Positions 59,387-64,000 of a stretch of 64,000 bases of DNA are shown one piece after another (within the stretch, counting starts at the first letter, position 1; every line of letters starts with the position of its first letter). Both the position numbers and the translations under genes were made by a program. A model generated the notes under the pieces. That model was not told the origin of the DNA, ran no database searches, and worked only from the letters and a program-made list of their open reading frames with translations. The stretch spans positions 384,001 to 448,000 of the forward strand of contig OZ244057.1 of NCBI GenBank assembly GCA_965215515.1. Reading direction: 5' to 3'. Source of the stretch: Oligoflexales bacterium (GTDB lineage: Bacteria; Bdellovibrionota_B; Oligoflexia; Oligoflexales; JAPPIL01).

Positions 59387-60252
59387 AATTTGGTGGTCAC
59401 GAAACATTTCATCTGCGTGATAATTGGCTGTTCAAAGGCCTGCGAATGCTAGCAAACGAGGGCGATTTGTTCAGCGATAGAGACGAAGCGATTGCGGTGC
59501 TCGGTGTTGGCACAAACATGGTAAAGTCAATGCGCTATTGGCTGTTAGCGACAGAGTTTGCCACAATTACAGACGGAACACTTACCTCGAGCCATATCGG
59601 CAAACTAATGCTGGCACGTGATCCATACTGCGATTGGCTAGGCTCGGCGTGGTTACTACATTATTCGTTAGCTTGTAACAAGAGCTATGCCACTACGTGG
59701 TTTTGGTTTTTCAATAAGTTTGGTATAAGCGAGTTCACCCCCGAATCAGCGGTGTATTATCTTGAAAACTACTGCTTACTCAACAACAAAAAAATAAACC
59801 GCAACACCCTCACTAAAGACATCAACACGCTTTTACGCATGTATGTTGAGCCAATCTTTGATGGACGCAGAACACCAGAAGATGTTGATGTTTGTCCTTT
59901 AACGAGGCTGTCCCTAATTAAGAAAGATACTAGCAATACTTATCGCTTAAATACACCTGATATTGATGAATTACCTGTGCAAATTTTTGGCTATACTCTA
60001 GTGCAGTTTTGGACACAGCAGTTGCAAAAGGTTGCACAGTTTTCTTTTGATGAGTTGCTTAAACGTGATTGCTCCCCTACGAAAGTATTTTGCTTGAACA
60101 CTGAGCGCACCATAGATCTACTGAATAAACTGGTGGAAAAGTTCCCACGTTGGTTTAGCTATCACCATACAGGAGGATTTTTTTCTATTGAAATAAATAC
60201 TAAAGTGCGGGAAGAAAAATTGCTAGACAGCTACTATGGAGAGGCAACTTGA
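59383..60252 (+). CDS. DUF4007 protein (SspB-like)
   Basis: FGGHETFHLRDNWLFKG, LGVGTNMVKSMRYWL, DPY..WLLHY, WFWFFN. Confidence 0.88.
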   Translation: MKFGGHETFHLRDNWLFKGLRMLANEGDLFSDRDEAIAVLGVGTNMVKSMRYWLLATEFATITDGTLTSSHIGKLMLARDPYCDWLGSAWLLHYSLACNKSYATTWFWFFNKFGISEFTPESAVYYLENYCLLNNKKINRNTLTKDINTLLRMYVEPIFDGRRTPEDVDVCPLTRLSLIKKDTSNTYRLNTPDIDELPVQIFGYTLVQFWTQQLQKVAQFSFDELLKRDCSPTKVFCLNTERTIDLLNKLVEKFPRWFSYHHTGGFFSIEINTKVREEKLLDSYYGEAT

Positions 60253-63200
60253 AAAATATTTTTGTAAAAATAAAACGTAATTTTTCTCGCTCTAGCAATA
60301 TAAAGATTGATTTTAGCGACGATATAAATATCAAGAACATTGTATTGTCCGATAAGTTACAACGTGCTTTCGTTGATATCACTACTTCTATGCTCAACGA
60401 TAAGTCTAATCAGCGTGTGCATGTCTTAGCTGGCACACCTGGCACGGGCAAGTCAACTTTTGCTTTATTTACGGCACACAATCTTACTGCAAATAGCAAA
60501 GCAAAAGTTACCGCAACAGTTAAAAAACAGCGTCATATTGCTTCTCCTGATTTTTACAAAATATGGTCAGCGGTGAAGAATGTTAACTACCTACCTGTCT
60601 TTCTCAATGGCGATGAGGGTGAGATAGAAGAGGCTTTTCATGCGGCACTCAACGATGCTTTTGTTGCACATGGCTGGCGCAAGGAATTTGAACAACTGTC
60701 TATGAGCTGCTCGATACGGGCGGTAGCAATCATCAATGGCTGGCAAAAGAATTATCCCGATAAGCATCAGGAGTTGCAAAATTTTATTGCCGCACAGCCA
60801 ATTGGTAGCTTCCCAAAATTTATGCGTGCGTTACGTCAACACAGACGCTATGCACAGAAACTTTTTGTCGAGGCTTATCGTCAGATTACTGGTGGGGCAA
60901 GTGTAGGTTCGTATCGTCATGGTCAAGTTGTGGCTCTGTATCGTGGTGCTGTGAAATTTTTGCAGGAAGCAAAGGGGTTTGAGGGTATCTTTATCATCTA
61001 CGATGAGTTTGGCAAATATCTTGCCCGCGGAGTGCGCCAACCACATGATTTTGATCTACATTTTCTACAGGATATAGCAGAGCTGTGCAACAAGAGCGGC
61101 AAGCTGCACCTTCACATGCTGTTGATTACGCACTTGCCTGTTTCACAGTATACAACACAGTTGCCCAATGCTATTCAACAGGAATGGAAAAAAATTGAGG
61201 GGCGATTTCAGCAATCTTCTTTCAACAGCGGCTACGAGTCAAGCTATACACTGGTTGCAGCGGTGTTTTCCTCTGACATAAAACGGCGCAGCAAAAAGCT
61301 TTGGCAACACTTGTGTGCCTTGACCCGCGAGTGGCAGACACACAACAGAGCTTCAGGCAACATCGCCTCAGCGTGTGATTGTGCTGCAGAAACACTGAGC
61401 GACTGTTATCCCCTGCATCCGTCGGTGTTTGCTTTATTGCCGTTGTTGAGTGAAAAGGTTGCTCAAAATGAGCGCACCATGTTTTCTTTTCTTACCCGTA
61501 ACGAAGAGTTTTCATTGCCACATTTTCTGGAAAAAACGGCACTTAGCGAGAACAATTTACACTTTATGCGCCCCTATGATCTCTATTGCTACTTTCGTCC
61601 TTTGCTTGCTAGTGATGTTGGTATAGGTGGTGCTTGTAAGATAGCTATTGTTGTTGATAGTGTGTTAAACAGCCTTGATGCTGAGCAGAGCTGTGCGCAA
61701 GACATCGTTGCTGTGTTAGGTATTGCTGCCATTATCAACAATCGTTCGCTGCTTAAGACAAGCGAGCAATCACTCTTATCATTGCTGCATGGATTACATG
61801 ACTCGCAAGACATTGACGACACGCTGAAATTTTTACAGAAAAACAAAATGATCATCTTCGACAAAATAAAAACAGAATTCAGTCTTTTTGAGGGTTCTCC
61901 TGTTGATTTGCGAGAGGAGTTGAATAAAATCAGACAAAAAAGGCTTACAACGGATGGCTATACCAAAAATTTTCGAGACAATTTTCACGTTAATTTTGTC
62001 GTTCCCAAAAAATATAATTACGACAACGGTATCACGAGATTTTTTCGTGAACAACTACTATCTTTAGAGGAACTTGCCGCAGGTAAATATCGTGTTGACT
62101 ACAGCAAAGAAGACGGGCGAGTTTTTTATGTTGTGCCCTTCAACAACGAAGAAGTTCTGCGTATTAAAGATTATTGTCAACAAGCATCGTTAGCGTCTGC
62201 TCTGTTTGTAACTACTGATAAGCCAGTAGAAATAACTTCCGAGTTACTTGAGTTACAGGCAGTGACACAGCTGTATTCACACAAAGAGCTGCTGGCTACA
62301 GGAACGATGGTCAGCAAGGAGCTTAACCATTATCGTGAGACAGCACGTGAGTTGATCAGGAAAGCGTTGCGCCGTGTGCGCTCTAATCTGCATATGGGCG
62401 TTTCAGTTTTTTATCGTGGCAAGTGTGTAGAGGAAGGGGTAAAGACGATGGCGAGGTTAGCACAACTTGCCAGTCAGGTATGTACTGATGAGTATAGTAG
62501 TTATCCGTGCTTTTACAATGAGATGATTAACAAGCATCGTGTTAGCAACCCGATAATTCAGGGACGTATTCGTTTTGTCGAGGCTTGCCATAACAACTTT
62601 GCTCAACCTCGCTTTGGTATTGAGGGCGGCGGGCCTGAGTTTGCTATGTATCAAGCACTGATACGCACTAACAGCTTTGTATCCAAGGGTAGCAAGTGTG
62701 GATTTAAGCAGGGCAGTGCTCTGTTACCATTATTTAAAGATTTTTGTTCTCATCTACAAGCATCCGAGCGATCACCTATTAGCATGTTTGAGTTGATTGA
62801 GCGTTGGCAAAAACCACCGTTTGGGGTGCGTTTAGCATTGGTCCCTATCTATCTTAATATTTTTAGCAAGATGTCGCCCTCGCCGCTCAGTTTTTTCTAC
62901 GAGGGTCTTTATGTCAGCAAAGTTGATACCGATATGTTTGAGGCTTTGATCAAGCAACCCAAAAAATACAACCTACGCATGGTGATTATAGATACTAAAA
63001 AACGCAGCTATCTTCATGAACTTGCTAGTAAGTTTGCAGCACATCGACCCGATGCTTCATCTGTGGATAAGTCAACACTTGATTTTATTGCCGTTGCCAA
63101 GATTATCACGCGCTTTTATGCTCTCATCCCTAATTACACTCGCCGACACCCTTCATTGACAACGAGGGAAAAGCAACTGATCACTGCCCTTGATGGGTTT

Positions 63201-63965
63201 CGGCAGCCAGAAAATTTTATTTTAACAGAGTTACCGCTGTTGTATGCCAAGAAGCCGTTTAGTGATCTGGCTTTGCAGGAGCGGTCGTTATTTTTGCAGG
63301 CGTTGGAGCACGACATCGCTTCTTTATTCGGGCGTTATGTTGAGCTGATCAAGTGTTTAGCGCGGCATCAGAAGTCTGCTTTACAAAAACTACAACGCCT
63401 GAGTGGCAAGGTTGTTGTTGAAGAAATTACACGCGGCGCACCGCTGGCAACGTATTGGCAGCAGGTTGTGGGTAATTTTCCTGCGGATGTGTTGCTGTTT
63501 CCTTTTAGTGCCGTGACTACACGCTTTGTCAATCGAGCTATACAGTTAGGCAGTGATGCCAGCAATCAGCAGGCAGTTGAGAATATTGCCGATGCCTTGA
63601 CAGGTGCTAATCCCAAGAACTGGAGCGAGAAAGGCGAGACGTTGTTCAACTTCAATTTACGCCGCACTATTGCCGAAATTGAAGAAGTCAGCTGTTTGAA
63701 GGCACACAACAACACCAATCTTGTGAGAATTTCCAGTCTCCACCGAGCAGACAGCGAACCAGTCGTGCGTGAAATAGTGCGTGCCGAATTGCAACAGGAC
63801 AAGCACAAGCGTCTGCTAGAACGTTTCTGTCGCGAACTATCACACCTGCCAGACGAAGAAAAGAACAGTATCCTTCTGGCTGTGCTTGAACGCGTCAACA
63901 ACAAGGAACTACCCTCGCCATCAAAAATCACGGGCGAGGCCAGCATCAGTGCAGCTTGGGGTTGA
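60249..63965 (+). CDS. Large P-loop ATPase (SspC-like)
   Basis: Walker A GTPGTGKS, Walker B IIYDEFGK, FLQDIAE, EWKKIEGRF, YPLHP, QNERTMFSFL, PPFGVR. Confidence 0.82.
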   Translation: MKNIFVKIKRNFSRSSNIKIDFSDDINIKNIVLSDKLQRAFVDITTSMLNDKSNQRVHVLAGTPGTGKSTFALFTAHNLTANSKAKVTATVKKQRHIASPDFYKIWSAVKNVNYLPVFLNGDEGEIEEAFHAALNDAFVAHGWRKEFEQLSMSCSIRAVAIINGWQKNYPDKHQELQNFIAAQPIGSFPKFMRALRQHRRYAQKLFVEAYRQITGGASVGSYRHGQVVALYRGAVKFLQEAKGFEGIFIIYDEFGKYLARGVRQPHDFDLHFLQDIAELCNKSGKLHLHMLLITHLPVSQYTTQLPNAIQQEWKKIEGRFQQSSFNSGYESSYTLVAAVFSSDIKRRSKKLWQHLCALTREWQTHNRASGNIASACDCAAETLSDCYPLHPSVFALLPLLSEKVAQNERTMFSFLTRNEEFSLPHFLEKTALSENNLHFMRPYDLYCYFRPLLASDVGIGGACKIAIVVDSVLNSLDAEQSCAQDIVAVLGIAAIINNRSLLKTSEQSLLSLLHGLHDSQDIDDTLKFLQKNKMIIFDKIKTEFSLFEGSPVDLREELNKIRQKRLTTDGYTKNFRDNFHVNFVVPKKYNYDNGITRFFREQLLSLEELAAGKYRVDYSKEDGRVFYVVPFNNEEVLRIKDYCQQASLASALFVTTDKPVEITSELLELQAVTQLYSHKELLATGTMVSKELNHYRETARELIRKALRRVRSNLHMGVSVFYRGKCVEEGVKTMARLAQLASQVCTDEYSSYPCFYNEMINKHRVSNPIIQGRIRFVEACHNNFAQPRFGIEGGGPEFAMYQALIRTNSFVSKGSKCGFKQGSALLPLFKDFCSHLQASERSPISMFELIERWQKPPFGVRLALVPIYLNIFSKMSPSPLSFFYEGLYVSKVDTDMFEALIKQPKKYNLRMVIIDTKKRSYLHELASKFAAHRPDASSVDKSTLDFIAVAKIITRFYALIPNYTRRHPSLTTREKQLITALDGFRQPENFILTELPLLYAKKPFSDLALQERSLFLQALEHDIASLFGRYVELIKCLARHQKSALQKLQRLSGKVVVEEITRGAPLATYWQQVVGNFPADVLLFPFSAVTTRFVNRAIQLGSDASNQQAVENIADALTGANPKNWSEKGETLFNFNLRRTIAEIEEVSCLKAHNNTNLVRISSLHRADSEPVVREIVRAELQQDKHKRLLERFCRELSHLPDEEKNSILLAVLERVNNKELPSPSKITGEASISAAWG

Positions 63966-64000
63966 TGTGGATGTTAACTTAGTCTTCACTTAGCTGCCGT

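Larger units (their letters stand above)
58070..64000. other. AT-richer putative defence island (right edge not visible)
   Basis: Visibly more AT-rich than the flanking core genes; three translationally coupled genes. Confidence 0.65.

Overview
Bacterial chromosomal window, mostly housekeeping genes: mnmE (partial), uppP, ssb, gshB, lolA, kdsA, korA, orn, dsbA-like, etfAB, dksA, sufCD, namZ, a diguanylate cyclase, secDF, fni, mvaA, accC/BCCP, udg, mreBC, nth, fdx, speD, lptD-like, folC, accD. Many orphan secreted or lipoprotein genes are interleaved. Gene style suggests a deltaproteobacteria-like (possibly Bdellovibrionota/Oligoflexia), host-associated organism; this is inference only. Two accessory regions stand out. 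(1) A ~7 kb block (28344-35427) bracketed by a 14/16 inverted repeat. It carries an ankyrin-metalloprotease lipoprotein, a giant (1133 aa) Cys-rich repeat-containing type IV pilin, and a tandem pair of Rpn-family PD-(D/E)XK genes separated by a thrice-repeated ~125 bp block. One Rpn copy has lost its nuclease domain but keeps the internal RBS+ATG for the small C-terminal (RpnS-type antitoxin) product. A third, stand-alone RpnS-like gene lies just after secDF. (2) An AT-richer island at the right end with cysteine desulfurase + DUF4007 + large ATPase, an SspABC-like DNA phosphorothioation module; no sspD/sspE is visible. There is also a patchy, sign-switching C/A versus G/T strand skew. No rRNA, tRNA or CRISPR array was seen. 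All calls come from reading motifs by eye; no searches were run.
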